A stretch of 64,000 nt of DNA from Azolla caroliniana (Eukaryota > Plantae > Polypodiophyta). The stretch is from the NCBI GenBank assembly GCA_043228905.1, contig JBHGNT010000001.1:4898001-4962000 (forward strand), written 5' to 3'. Positions 12,596 to 25,600 of this stretch are shown one piece after another (the first letter of the stretch is position 1; each line of letters starts with the position of its first letter). The notes below the pieces were generated by a model, which was not told the origin of the DNA, searched no databases, and was given only the letters and a program-made list of their open reading frames with translations. A program made the translations under genes and the position numbers.

Positions 12596-15500
12596 CGACT
12601 TAGTTTGAGTTTTTCAAACATATACCTGCATCATATCATTTAACATTTTATATTGAAGTTGTTCCCTCCCTTTTTTTAATTCATAAAATAGCATGTAAAT
12701 TAAGATAACACCCAAAAGTATATATATATATATATATATATATATGACTCCTTTTTTTGACCCAGCCACAATAGTGAAGGTCTTTATGTTATGGTACAAA
12801 CTTCAAGCTTCTATAAGACTCATTGGTATAAGGCAACTCCATTGCGGACAACGTGTCTACAAAACTTGCTTACCAGGGCAACCCAATTAATTTTCCTTTC
12901 AATCCACGTACCAGTTCTGGTACTCCATGAAGACCATCAAACAAAAACTGATTTCTCATACTCCATAGACCCGAAAACTTACCATAAACCCCAATGCTGA
13001 GGGTAATCAAGCATCACCTTACAGCCCAATACTTAAGATGAGTTTCTAGCTCTTGAGGGAAAGCCCACTAAAAGGAGAAGAAGATCCCAGTTGATGATGC
13101 CCAAAGTTGCAAAACATAATAACCTAAATGCCTTTATTTCTCTCTGTCTCTGTACTAAACCCACATGTTAATGAACACCAATGTCTCCAAGTACTTTTAC
13201 CCAAGTATCTTGCACACTATGATTGAAGCACACTTAAGATGTTGATGTACAATGAAGCTAAGTTTCAATTGTATGGCTACACAAGTGATTGCATAAGTAA
13301 TTGTCCAAAAGTATTATACATTAACAAAATACAAAAAAAAAGAGAATGGAAATATACAAAATCATTCCAGTGAAGATAAAGGGTTGGGAAATAGATGTAA
13401 TGGTTGGGAAGGACATCTAGGAAATAAAGAGGGAGAACTAGGGACATAAATCTATAACAATGCTAGAAACCTAACTAACGAGCTATGTTTCCCCATTGCA
13501 TTCTCAGTATTTGTCAAATTCCATTGAGGTTAACCCCAAAGGCCCCTTTCCAAGACCAAGGGCGTCTATAGATATTAAGATGGCATCTTGCTATATTAAC
13601 AAACAAGAGAAAACATGCTCCCTATCTTGGTGGCAAAAATCAAAATGGTCTACCATCAAGGGATCATCGAAGATATGCACCCTAATCAAGGGTAGATCTA
13701 TGAATATTTTATAACACTAAACATTTTGATCCATACAAGTCTGTAAATGCATATGAAATATGCAGAATCAAGCAACTTAATATGATGTGACCATGCAAAA
13801 TCGTTTAGCTCCAACAACAGGAATGCCTAAACCAAATATCTAACACAGTGCCATCAGACATGTCAATATCACTAAAGGAGAGAAGAAATAAAGATATTAC
13901 AAAATATAGCTTTCAACATGCCATCAGACATGGGGGGGATCTAAACTCACTATGCCAACAAATTCTCAATAATGATACCCTAACACTGACTACTTACTAG
14001 TTACGAGGACACATATAACCCTAAGCATGTTCTAATACCAAACCAAATGAGTCAATAAGATTCATGTATCTTTTAAACAATTGTATGCCCATAGTTTGAT
14101 TTATTGGGTATTGGCTGTCATGTTGCACTCACACTATTGTGAGCTCACATCTAAGATTCCCTTGAACCATAGCCCAAACAAGATGTCCTAGTCATCTAAC
14201 AAAAATGTCAACGTCAATAATGCATGAAAAACAAAACCATTCCAGTATGGTCCTTTCGTCATATCAGGAGCTCCTTTATAACATCTTCTCTTCTGTTTTG
14301 AATTTCTAAAAAGGTTAACAGGGAAAGAGAATTTCATATGGTGTGAAAAGTAGCTTTTCAAAGGGAAGCAGGTACAAATGTGTAATAGATGTGGAGCTAG
14401 TAGGGAAAGGTATGCATGTAAGATTTGGTGAAAGCAAGGAGATGAATATTTGCGATTGAAGCCCTAAATACAAATAGTTCAACAACCCTAAATGGATTCA
14501 GAGAAATACACAAAGAATAATAAATGATTACTCATGCATTTATTGATATATAAAATAAAACAACCTATTTGACTCTACTATGTTGGTCAGGTATCAATTG
14601 AAGTGCGACGATGGACCAAAGAAGATTAGTACACAATTGACGTAAAGATTATGCTAAGTAAAGGAGTATGGAAAACAAATGTAACTACAATGGTAATGAT
14701 AATTGTTATGTTCATGAAGTGAATATTGCACATTTAAATACACATATGAATTTGTAACTCCAAAGTCCCAAATCTTCATATTGCACAACCCCTTCCTTCC
14801 CTATTAATAAGTCACACAAAAATGTGATTCAGAATGGCACATGCTTGTGCCAAATCGACACAACCCTAAATTAGAAACGCATAAAAATAGGGGTTTAGCA
14901 TGCATACATTAATGCAATGTGGCGCCTCAATTTTCTGTATACACGAAATAGGCCAAGATAGAAAATTTGTTACGACAGCACTGTCCATGGTAGACAGATA
15001 ATGCAACTTGCTCACTTAGGGTTCATAAAGAGCTTGGATATGATGGTGAAGTTTTTATTTGCCCAAGACTCCCAACTTTGATCTCGATATTACTTGGTTG
15101 CGAGTCTTCAGCATTTATTCACAGATAATATGATAAGCCCCTCCCAGTCTAAGGGTCGCGAGCTATGTATATGTATTGCAAGGGGATTCATACTTACTCA
15201 TATGTAAATTTTGCCCCTTCCTAGTCGCCAACTACATTGTGGGGTTCTCAGAGTCATGTCGCACCAACAATGATGCTCCTAGTTATTTTGTAAGCTAAGG
15301 AACTGTGATTCCTTTATAGAGACTGTATATTGCCTTGAGTCAGGAAATTAATGTTTTTCCCATCAATTCAATTCCCAAACAGCTTGTGACTCTACAAATA
15401 AATTTGACTCGTGCATGCATTAACTATATGTGTAACAGAACATGTCAATGAACAGATATTCACAAGCCACAAAGTAAGATGATAGGCCTACTAGCTCCAG

Positions 15501-15682
15501 ATCCTCCCACAAGCTTTGGCTCGACTGCTGCAAGTTGAGTTTTCTTGGAATATTGTTCCGGGAAGAGGCCCCTGATTGCCAAGCACGGATTGTAATATTG
15601 AGTGACGATTTACAATAGCGCGACACCGCAATCAATTTTGCTGCAACAAGCAAAGCATTCGAGCCTGGAGTTTATTTGCGGG

Positions 15683-15908
15683 CTAGATGATTCCCACGCC
15701 CGATCCCCGATACATGCTCCAATGGGAGTACTGTGAGGGGAGAGAAGAGAAAAGGTTAAGATCAAGTCTAAAACACAAACAAATAAACACAAAATGCTTG
15801 CATTCATTCATTGACTACAGGGGAAGAATGCATATTTGTGCTTACCAAGAAGAAGAAGAAATGGTGGAATATACATACATTGAAAGGGCGAGGTGATGAT
15901 GTGACCAT
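15683..15908 (-). other. Possible small spliced ORF or 5'-leader exons
   Basis: ATG at 15908, donor GTATGT at 15878 (or GTAAGC at 15845), pyrimidine-rich acceptor ctcccctcacAG with the exon resuming at 15730, TAG at 15683. A TATA-like TATATAG lies near 16075. Peptide MVTSSPRPFN/YSHWSMYRGSGVGII; no recognised homology. Confidence 0.25.
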
Positions 15909-18900
15909 GGTGGCGTAAGAAGGCGGCGGGGGGGGGGGGCACCCCTGTCTTGCCTGTATTGTTATGGTTGAGAGAAGATGAAATGGAAATGGAGATCGAT
16001 GAATTGAGTAGAGTGAGGGGGCGCGAATGCCCCTTCGCCTTCATGTCTATATTTAGACATAGATGCCATCTATATACATACATTATACATACATTTAGTA
16101 TTAAGCTGTGAGTACAGACAGAAACGGAGCCCCCCCCCCCCCCCCCCCCCCCTTCTTCTATCTATATCTAGAGCGTTGCCCTTTTAACCCCCCCTTTTTT
16201 ATGCCTTTTTGCTCTAACGCCCTACCACCTCAGGTGTGGAATCGCAAGACGTCTCATGTGAAGGAAACTTGTGATGTTCACTCACTATAGGACACGATAC
16301 CGAGGAGAAAAGAGTTTTTACATTGATATAAGACTTGTGGGAACGGGAATTGCTTTTGGGCTACGCACTTTTGATATTGTCATATGGCAAGGCATCGGAT
16401 AATGTTTGTGTTGATATAAGAGTTGTGGGAAGGGGATCCGATTTTGCTCTATGTGCTCGATATTGTTAGATGGCAAGGCATCTGATAACGTTTTAGACAT
16501 GGACCAAACTACACAAGCTTGACCGATATCTAAAATTTTCACATATAAACCCAATGGAAGTAGGAGAATTGCTCCAAAGGAATAAAATTACCATTAGAGA
16601 GACACAAGTATGCTATATTATTGTCCCCCCTAACTTTGAAGAGAAAATTTATCATACTTGTGTATATCTCATGAATCATAATAGTATATTGGCTTGCTTA
16701 CATGATTCACCTATATATATATATATCGTCAAAGTAGAGCTTTTAATGGCACGATACTAAAGATTGAACATGCCGTTGAGCTTTAAACTAGACAGAAAAC
16801 AAACAACTTATGCTTATGATTTTGCCAATCATGGGCATGCCCACTTTTTACATTTACATTGTCCGTGCTCCGACTTTCTTGTTAAGGAACAATAATTATT
16901 AAGTCTTGCGATTTGCAATAACATATTTTTTAATTGTTGTGAAAAAAGTGGACTTCATCAACTCCAATTTATGTTTAAAGCTAATAATATCATTTACAAT
17001 CTTAATTTTCATGCGATTAGGAATTGAATGTTGGTCGACCTAGCCTATTGTGAGTAATCGTGAAAATAACCAAGCAATAAATTTCAAACTTGTACTACAT
17101 AGACCTGACCTATGCGTTTTTTTGGTAATTTCCCCAACCTCTAGCTTCTATCTTCGATTATGTATCTCAAGAAAAGCAGAAGTTGATTTTAGCTTTACCC
17201 GAAAACTCACAAGAGGTGGCATTGCTTATTGGGGGAGGGAGGGCTAAATTTAGATGTTTCCCATCATACACCTAAGTTTCCAATACCTTTTCAAAGAGCT
17301 CCATGAGAGATTACAAAGTCATCAATTGGCACAAGGCTAATGAAGAAGAAATGCCCTCTTGGAGGTTGTTTGTTTGATTAATAACAAGATATGTGTGATT
17401 TCATTTGAATTGTAAGTCATTGCATTGTAGAAATGGCATCAAATTCAATATTGTAAAGTCATTTTTCAACCACAAATTGTCAATGTGCATGATCTTAAAC
17501 AAAAAATGTGTCAAGTTTTATAATGAGTAAATCATCGAGCGCATGTTGGAGATTCAATAGAATAATGCGTAATATATTTAAATATTAGGTTTTTAATAAA
17601 TTGTTTTTGTAAATCTACTAAAAAACATGTGCAAGAATGATCAAGAATGAAATGCTCTTTAATAATATATAATGGCAATGCTTTGTACAATGTGCTTTTG
17701 CTATAATACGTATCCATAAGGATTTAGTCATGGCAATCAAGCAGGTATGATAGTTGTACAACACTTCCAACAAACAAAGGTGGGAAGGAAAATATAAACC
17801 AATGACTCGTAACTTTTGAGAAACATTGTCATTGTCATTGTTTCCAATACAAAGGCTGCAAGGCATATATTATGTCCAGAAAAGAGCTATTGTGATTTGT
17901 AATGTTTTTGGATATTCAATACCCACAACATAGATTGCCCATGACTCATCAACATTGACCATCCTCCCTTCTAGTACTCAAATTTGAAAATATACATTGT
18001 TATTGGTAAGATACTAACCAATGTGCATCATGGGCAATAACTGTTCTCAAACTAGGCATATGATAACCTTTATCATATATATGTATAAGAAGACATGCAT
18101 CATTGGATCGTTTGTTAGCTCGAGTTCTTGTTTTGTGAGCCTTATAGCCCCATTCTCACATACAACCATATAAAATTTGAAAATTTTAAGTACAACTTAA
18201 ACATATAAAGTTGCACCATTTGTAAATGCAGAAATGATCATTTTTAAAACAATAGTTCATAAGAAGATGCATAAAGAAATATTACCTTTACTCCAAAGAA
18301 TGAAATCCCCTTTGAAAGATGTAAGAGCAACTTGTATAAAATATTATGTGATGATACTTGTTTATATTGGATAAATCGTTGTCAACGCATAATGACAAAA
18401 ATATAATAGAGATGCATACTTCATGGATTATGGTTGAATAATGCTCACCTATTAAAAGAGGCATTCATAGATGGACCTTGAAGGCATATGGTTGCACCTG
18501 TGAACATCAATGAGGATGGGCGAGCCCAAGGATATGATCATAAAACTATATGCAAAATTGTGTGTTATGTATATTACGTTTCTTATTACAGGGTGTAATA
18601 ATCAGTTCTTAGAGTTTGTTGTAGTTGGTTATAGAAAAAATGTTTCTTGTAGGGCTCTATTGTATCCATGATATATGTACCATTGAGGTAAATTCATACC
18701 ATTCAAAGAAAAATTTAAGCACAAACACTAAAATACATAAGGGAATGAATGACACACATGTTACTTCCAAGGATTGGCCAAATGGCAAACACCATTGTAC
18801 ACACTTTTTTACCTATAAGCATACACTCCCCTTACCCCCCTCTTAGTGGGTAAGAGACTCAATGAGCATACGAGATTCATATCCCAGTCAAATAGGTTCA

Positions 18901-19665
18901 TGTTAAATTGTAAGTTAGGGAACAATAATGTGTTGAGTTAGGGAATAACTTCTTATAATTCTCACCCACAAATTCTTAAACATCTTTAAGAATTGTAACT
19001 TATCTCACCTCCTTTTTCATTTGTTGATAAAGAGGTATACTCAAGGGAAGGAAGGGCAATGATTCGACTTTAAGTTTTTATAATTTATTGCAATGATTGT
19101 ATCCTATTGCCACCAAGAATCTACTTGACATAAATGGTGGTGAAAGGGCATCGTATTCATGAAACATGGGTTATGTAGGTAGGCGGTTTGTCATTTGCCA
19201 CACAATGAATAATGAATAGGGGGGTAGATGAATGGCGGGCGTATTGTTCACCAATTTGAGCAGAATATAGTATGGTGAGATTGTGTTTAAGCTGCGATGA
19301 CAACAGATGATTAGACACGTCCGGACCCGAGGATGTATATATACTTTGTGGATGCCATAAATAAGGATCCTTATGGACATGCATGTCGAAGGATATGCAT
19401 GTGCATGGACAAGCATCATCAATGAATGTGCAAAGACACGTCACAAGATAACAATACACGATCACACAGTGTGTGGGCTATGTTTCATGGAGCAAGTTAG
19501 GCTAATGACAGTAGGGAAACACTGAGGGGGGAGGTGGGGGGGGGGGGGGGGGGGGTAGGATACGGATGACCCGTTCGTAAATGCATATGATGGATGGATC
19601 GAGGATGGATGATGCTAGATGCATGTCATGGGTGATCATGATGGGGGTGGGGCATGCATGCATGC

Positions 19666-19667
<2 letters not shown>

Positions 19668-19737
<70 letters not shown>
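19668..19737. repeat. (GA)n microsatellite, about 35 units
   Basis: Directly visible. Confidence 0.97.
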
Positions 19738-19740
<3 letters not shown>

Positions 19741-19910
19741 GGTTAGGTGGATGGGCAAAAAGGAAGGAGGGGCCCCATTGGCATCAACCCATCCTTACTT
19801 TTTGCCATGGCCACCTAAGATGATAAGGGGTAGATAGATTGATTAGGTGTAGAGATCAATGGGTCTCATCATCACCACTACACCAACACCATTCATTTCA
19901 TGTGCAATAA

Positions 19911-19968
19911 ATACATACATGATACATACATACATACATACATACATACATACATACATACATACATA
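19911..19968. repeat. (TACA)n microsatellite
   Basis: Directly visible, with one interruption. Confidence 0.95.
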
Positions 19969-20387
19969 CTGATACAATATATACACGGAGATGGAATAGA
20001 GAGAGGTCATGTTACATGTCTCCCTCACCTCTTTTCAATAAAACAAACCCCCAAAAAACTTTGCTTTTTGGGTTTGAGTTATTGTTGTGTGTGTGTGTGT
20101 TGATTCATTATTAGAAAAACAGGGCAGGGGAAAGAAAAAGTGTAATTTATATAATACATACACGGAAAAGGAACTAACTAAATAAATAGACTATGTATTA
20201 ATTATATATAGTAGTACAGAAAAGAAAACAGCCTCTCCCTCCCCTATTGAATCTTCCCCCATCTCAATATGTATGTATGTATCTGTCTCTGTCTCTGTCT
20301 CTGCTAAACCCTAAAAGGAAAACCATATAGACAGACAGACAGACAGAGGAAGGAAGACCTAAGGGAGGGAGGTAGCAGCAGAGAGGA

Positions 20388-20429
20388 AAGAAGAAGAAGA
20401 AGAAGAAGAAGAAGAAGAAGAAGAAGAAG
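20388..20429. repeat. (AAG)n microsatellite, about 14 units
   Basis: Directly visible. Confidence 0.95.
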
Positions 20430-21203
20430 GGGGAAGGAGAAGAAAGGAAGAAGGGGGGAAGAAGATTTTCTTCGTTAGAGTTAGAGCCTAACTGCTCAGA
20501 CAAGGACGTACTGGTCTAAGTCATATTGACTGTTGTGTAGCCATGGCTGCTCGATCAGTTGCGGTAGTACTACTGTACACGCTATATTTACTCTAGTCCG
20601 TTGCTCGTTACACCCCCTTCCCTCTCTGTCTCTGTCCCTGTCTCCATCTCTATCTCAGTCTTTTCTATTCATTCAATTCCTCCGCCTTGCCCTCACCTCC
20701 ATCCGCCATCGCCATTTACTACTTCTTCTGCAACCGTTGCTGATTATTGCACAGGTCCTCCGATTCCTTTCTTCTTCTTCTTCTTCTACTTCTTCTTCAA
20801 GCATATCGACCTCCTGGTTCGTCATCTGGTTGCGCTATTTCCTACCTATCCCATCGACTATCACCCACAGGTAATCCTTCTTCTTCTCCCTTTTTCTGCA
20901 AAGTTAGTTCCATTTTCTACCTTCATATGACACTTGCAACCATAACCATTACTACTGTTTCTAGGTTTCCCATGCTTTTTTCTTTGTTTCTCTGCTTCTT
21001 CAAGTATAAAATAAAAATCATCCTTCTGTGACGATGTCCTTTTTTTTCTACAGCAACGACAGAAGCAATCTACTATTGATTCTGTTTCATCCGACCATCT
21101 TCATCCTCTACTGGTCATTCTCTTCTTGTTCTGAAGATCCACATGCAAGTTCATTCTACTTTTCTGTAACACGTTTCTACCACAAGTCGTTCTTTTTTTG
21201 GTC

Positions 21204-22697
21204 ATGGCAGAAGGAGATTCTGTCTTTCATACCCATGGCATACCTCCCCTCCTTCGCTCCCTCTACTCTTCTGCCGCAAGCAGCGCCAATGACCTCTTCT
21301 TCAGTACTGATGCAGAAAAGGTGAAGTCTTTCCTATTCGGTCCTAATGCCTTTTACAGAAACGAGGAGCAGTATCTAGGTGTGGCCATGGCGGCCTTCGT
21401 CCTTGTAGCCTGTGTGCTCGTGTGGGCGTTGTTGATGAAGAGATGGCAATCGAAGCAGGTTTATCTTCTGGATTATGCTTGTTTCAGGCCTCCGGATCTA
21501 TGGAGGGTTTCATATGCCACGTTCCTAGAGCATTCTGCTCTCAACGGCATGTCCGAAAGCAATCGAGACTTCCAGAAGAAGATCATTCAGCACTCTGGCC
21601 TGTCTCAGCTGACGGCGCTCCCTCCATCCTATCACTACATTCCCTGCAGCCAAGGCATGTCTTTCTCTCGCCACGAATCAGAGACGGTCTTCTTCACCAT
21701 GCTGGACGAGCTGTTCAGCAAGACCGCAGTCCTTCCCTCTCAGATCGGGATCTTGGTCCTCAACTGTTGCCTCTTCTATCCTTCTCCGTCTCTCTCAGCT
21801 ATGGTGATCAACAAATACAAGATGCGATCTGACATCAAGTCCTTCAACATCTCCGGCATGGGATGCGCGGCGTCTCTGCTGTCGGTGGACATGGTGAAGC
21901 ACCTTCTGTCTGTGAACAGAGAGACGTATGCGCTCATCGTGAGCTCCGAGAACATGTCAGGGAGGGATTACATGGGGGGCAAGAAGTCAATGCTGATCGC
22001 GAATTGTCTATTCCGGACGGGAGGAGCAGCCATTCTCCTGTCCAACAGGGTATCCGACAGGAGGAGGGCCAAGTACAGGCTTCTCCACACGACCAGGACC
22101 AACACTGCAGCCGACGATCGCTCCTTCTCTTGCATAACCCATGGAGAGGATGAGCACGGTAGGGTGGGGGTCTCCCTGTCCAAGGAGCTCATGCAGGTGG
22201 CAGGGGCGGCCCTGACCAAGAACATGACGGCCATGGCTCCATTCGTGCTGCCCGTGTCGGAGCTGGCGAGGTACGCGGGGAACTACGTGGCGAGGGCTGT
22301 GTTCGGGGTGCAGTGCAAGCCATACCAGCCCAACTTCAAGAGGGCCTTCGACCACTTCTGCATCCACGCAGGCGGGAAGGCGGTGATCCAGGAGATGGAG
22401 AAGAACCTGAGGCTCACCGAGGCGATGACGGAGGCCTCGAGAATGACCCTGCACCGCTTCGGCAACACGTCGTCCACCTCGGTGTGGTACGAGATGGCGT
22501 ATGCTGAGGCTATGCAGAAGGTGAAGAGGGGCGACCGCCTCTGGCAGGTCGGCCTCGGCTCGGGATTCAAGTGCTTCAGCGCCGTCTGGCAATCCCTGTG
22601 GGACTCCAAGTGCACCGTCCACAACCCGTGGCGCGATTGCCTCCTCTCGTACCCTCTCCATGTCCCCGACAGTTGCCCTGAGCTCGATGACAACTAA
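21204..22697 (+). CDS. KCS: 3-ketoacyl-CoA synthase (FAE1/KCS very-long-chain fatty acid elongase), intronless CDS
   Basis: First ATG at 21204. N-terminal TM segment, then VYLLDYACFRPP, PSPSLSAMVINKYKMR, catalytic Cys in SGMGC, NCLFRTGGAAILLSN, FCIHAGG (His), LHRFGNTSS (His/Asn), GSGFKC, NPW. A probable 5'UTR intron donor cag/GTAAT sits at 20870/20871. Confidence 0.97.
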   Translation: MAEGDSVFHTHGIPPLLRSLYSSAASSANDLFFSTDAEKVKSFLFGPNAFYRNEEQYLGVAMAAFVLVACVLVWALLMKRWQSKQVYLLDYACFRPPDLWRVSYATFLEHSALNGMSESNRDFQKKIIQHSGLSQLTALPPSYHYIPCSQGMSFSRHESETVFFTMLDELFSKTAVLPSQIGILVLNCCLFYPSPSLSAMVINKYKMRSDIKSFNISGMGCAASLLSVDMVKHLLSVNRETYALIVSSENMSGRDYMGGKKSMLIANCLFRTGGAAILLSNRVSDRRRAKYRLLHTTRTNTAADDRSFSCITHGEDEHGRVGVSLSKELMQVAGAALTKNMTAMAPFVLPVSELARYAGNYVARAVFGVQCKPYQPNFKRAFDHFCIHAGGKAVIQEMEKNLRLTEAMTEASRMTLHRFGNTSSTSVWYEMAYAEAMQKVKRGDRLWQVGLGSGFKCFSAVWQSLWDSKCTVHNPWRDCLLSYPLHVPDSCPELDDN

Positions 22698-25600
22698 AGT
22701 AAACTGGGCTTCTTTTTTGGTTCGATAAATCAATAATTTCGTCCCCGCTGTTATGTAAGTTCATCATCTCCATCTCCATCTCCACCTTCACTCTCATATC
22801 TTTTTCTTCTAAGTAAGCGATTCTTCATTATTGATTTAATCCGGGGGCAACTGCTGCTGGTACCTATTATTTTGGCAGTGCTCAAAATTTCCCTCCCTTT
22901 CTTCCGTTCTCTCGGAGCACAGCTTTATTTTCTGCCCTATTTCCCTTATGTTTCACAGAAATCCTCTCAATTTCCTCTATTCTATTACTTACCTCACGTT
23001 TTTTTTTTTACACGTTGATACAAACCTTCAATCTTTCACAGTTATCTCTTATTATATTTCTTTATCTTTGGGCTATAAAAGTACAAAGAAACTAAATATC
23101 TATTTCTTCATTTAATCAGTGTTTGCTTCTAGATCAATAAGAATCTGATGGTTGCAACTACAATGTCCATTTCGTAATTAACATAATCGTCTCTCATTGG
23201 CATCATCGTCATTGTCATCATCATCATGGCTCTCCACTCATCAGTGGCTAAATATAATCTCCAATCTTTGTGTATTGCCGTAATTAATCACCCACCCACT
23301 CACCCTTTTTATCTTTTCTGCAAATCTGTTAAAAATCTCGTTGTAATTTCCATTTGATTTATTGAATTATTAACCTTGGGCTTGTTCTGAACCTCTGGTA
23401 TTCAGGATTATTCATGTCCACTCTGTGAATGAGTGAATGAATATTGCACGCAGAGAACAAATTTTCAGACTCGGCCATTGTTATATCATATTAGTGTTCT
23501 GCTAGTCTGTTAATTTTCCTCTACATAAAAAGGCAGGTTGTTGTTAGATGTTTATGGGTAGTTGTAATTTACTTTGATTTGATCCTTTCATGGGCGGCGT
23601 CTTGGTGAGAACATACATACATGTTTAAAAAACTTTCAACAGAATTAATTTTATTGCATTCAATAATTCTTCAATATTGTGTGACCGAAGGAAATGAACC
23701 CTGTATTTCTGTATATGTGTGTGTGTCGATAGTTGTACCAGTAATTAGATGGATATATATGTAGTTACTGGCTATTGAGATGCATTGATGGATCACCATG
23801 AGATGGAGTGCAATTCGAATAATCTTCTCTGTTGTGGTTAGATGAGATTTTGATAATGGGCTGTTTTTCCGACTTTTACGCAAACTAGTCTGCAAGGAAG
23901 CGGATGGCCAACATTGTTGATGAGGTAGGTAGGTGGCTCCATTAATTCTGTTGGGTTGATGCAAAAGCTCTTTTGGACTCCCAATCTTAACAAGCTACCA
24001 ATGCTTTATGTTGCATTTATGCTGCATACCAACCTGTGTTGAATCTCTGAGATCCACATACATCACTTCTCCTGCATGTCTATGTTTTGTTGGTGGGTGG
24101 GCTGATTCACTTTCAATTGTTGGTTGGGGGGAGGGGAATTATACAAATTAAAGATTAAACCAAGCTACCTACACCATGCGATTTTCAGTTCTCCTCAAGT
24201 CCATTTCTGTCATTGCATGAGATTGTTTTCAATCCTAGTGCTTTGCCAGATTTCAGTTGCATTTTGAATGAACTGAAAATTGACTGACAAAACTTCGGAT
24301 ACCTTTTCGGGTAAGCTAAAAAGTGACTGATGAAGCCTTGCATCATGCCACGGTTCTGGTGTAAACTGCAATACTAATGTGATGTAATTGTATTGAGAAA
24401 AGGAGGCATAGTTTGCTTGAACTCGAAAAAGAAAAAGCAAGCATTTGAACATTGTCAGAAGGAAAGCAAAAATGTGAGGACACTAAGAGTAATGTGAATA
24501 TATGCACAGGTAGTTAGATCATAATAAATGCATTAGAGTCAATTCGGGTTGGCTTGTCTTATTGTAACAACAATGCACCAAAGAGCCCACATACTATGTA
24601 ATTTTTACACAACTATTATAATGCTATTGTTGTTGACACAATGGAGTGTGCATATTTAATACATATTTCTAACAAAATGATAAGAGTTTATATGCATCTC
24701 TTGAAGAAAAATGCATACTCCTCACAATCGAGAGTGTCATGATCTCGATTTGTCATCTGGTAATGTGCAAGCATGCCCTAGTAAAAAATTGCTGGTTAAA
24801 TATTATGCGCGCTAAAACACATTATCTTGAATTGCATGCTAATGAGGAGAAAGAGAAATCATGAGCTTCTTGCTTGCTGAGGTCAACTCTAAATTATGGT
24901 GTTTATAACAAGCTTGAAAATGCGTTATGAATCATGATGCTCCTTTGTTTCAATATGAGTCATGAGCATTTGAAATATATACATTGGCATAGAGACAATG
25001 GCCGGTATGTATGGCACCACAATCGTTTAGACATTGCTTTTTGAGCTACGAATGTTTCCTTTACCAATTGAATGTCCAATTACGCGAGTTCTTAACATAA
25101 CCATTATCGTGGGTCATAAGTACTTTACTTTGTCACTGCTTCATGTGTACCACCCTTTAGTCAAAGTGGTGAAATTTATGCAAGTCATCCTTAACATACG
25201 TTGATGATTCATTCTTTTTTTATCTATAAAAACTGTGTGATTTACGATGAATCGTTTTAAACTTTGAGTTATTTGCTTTAGTTGTGAGATTGTGGATCAA
25301 TCTATCAAAATCCAAAGTTCTGTCTTCGTAGTTGACATTCTTTTTGTCACCCTACTCAAGTAGTATAATCGAAAGAGTTGGTGACACATCTTGGCTATCC
25401 TCTCTAGTATGGTGTAACTCGGCAAGAGCACTAGTTGAGTGAGGTACTAGAGAAGATAAATAAAAAATATGAAGTTATCCACTTGGCAACTTCATGCCCG
25501 ACTGAGAATCATGCAACTATATTTATTGCTGATATTCAACTATATCTGCCACTCGTTCCTTCGCCTCATGAGAGAATTATAAGAGAGTGAAATAAAATGC

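Noticed and set aside
19150-19660. Possible miRNA hairpin region
   Set aside because: Only a 10-nt inverted match (CATGAAACAT) was seen, and no conserved plant miRNA sequence was recognised.
19581-20503. ORFs with RERERE, YIHT, CMYV and poly-F tracts
   Set aside because: These come from (GA)n, (TACA)n and (AAG)n microsatellites.
22008-22733. 241-aa antisense ORF over KCS
   Set aside because: An expected shadow ORF of a GC-rich CDS, with no recognisable motifs.
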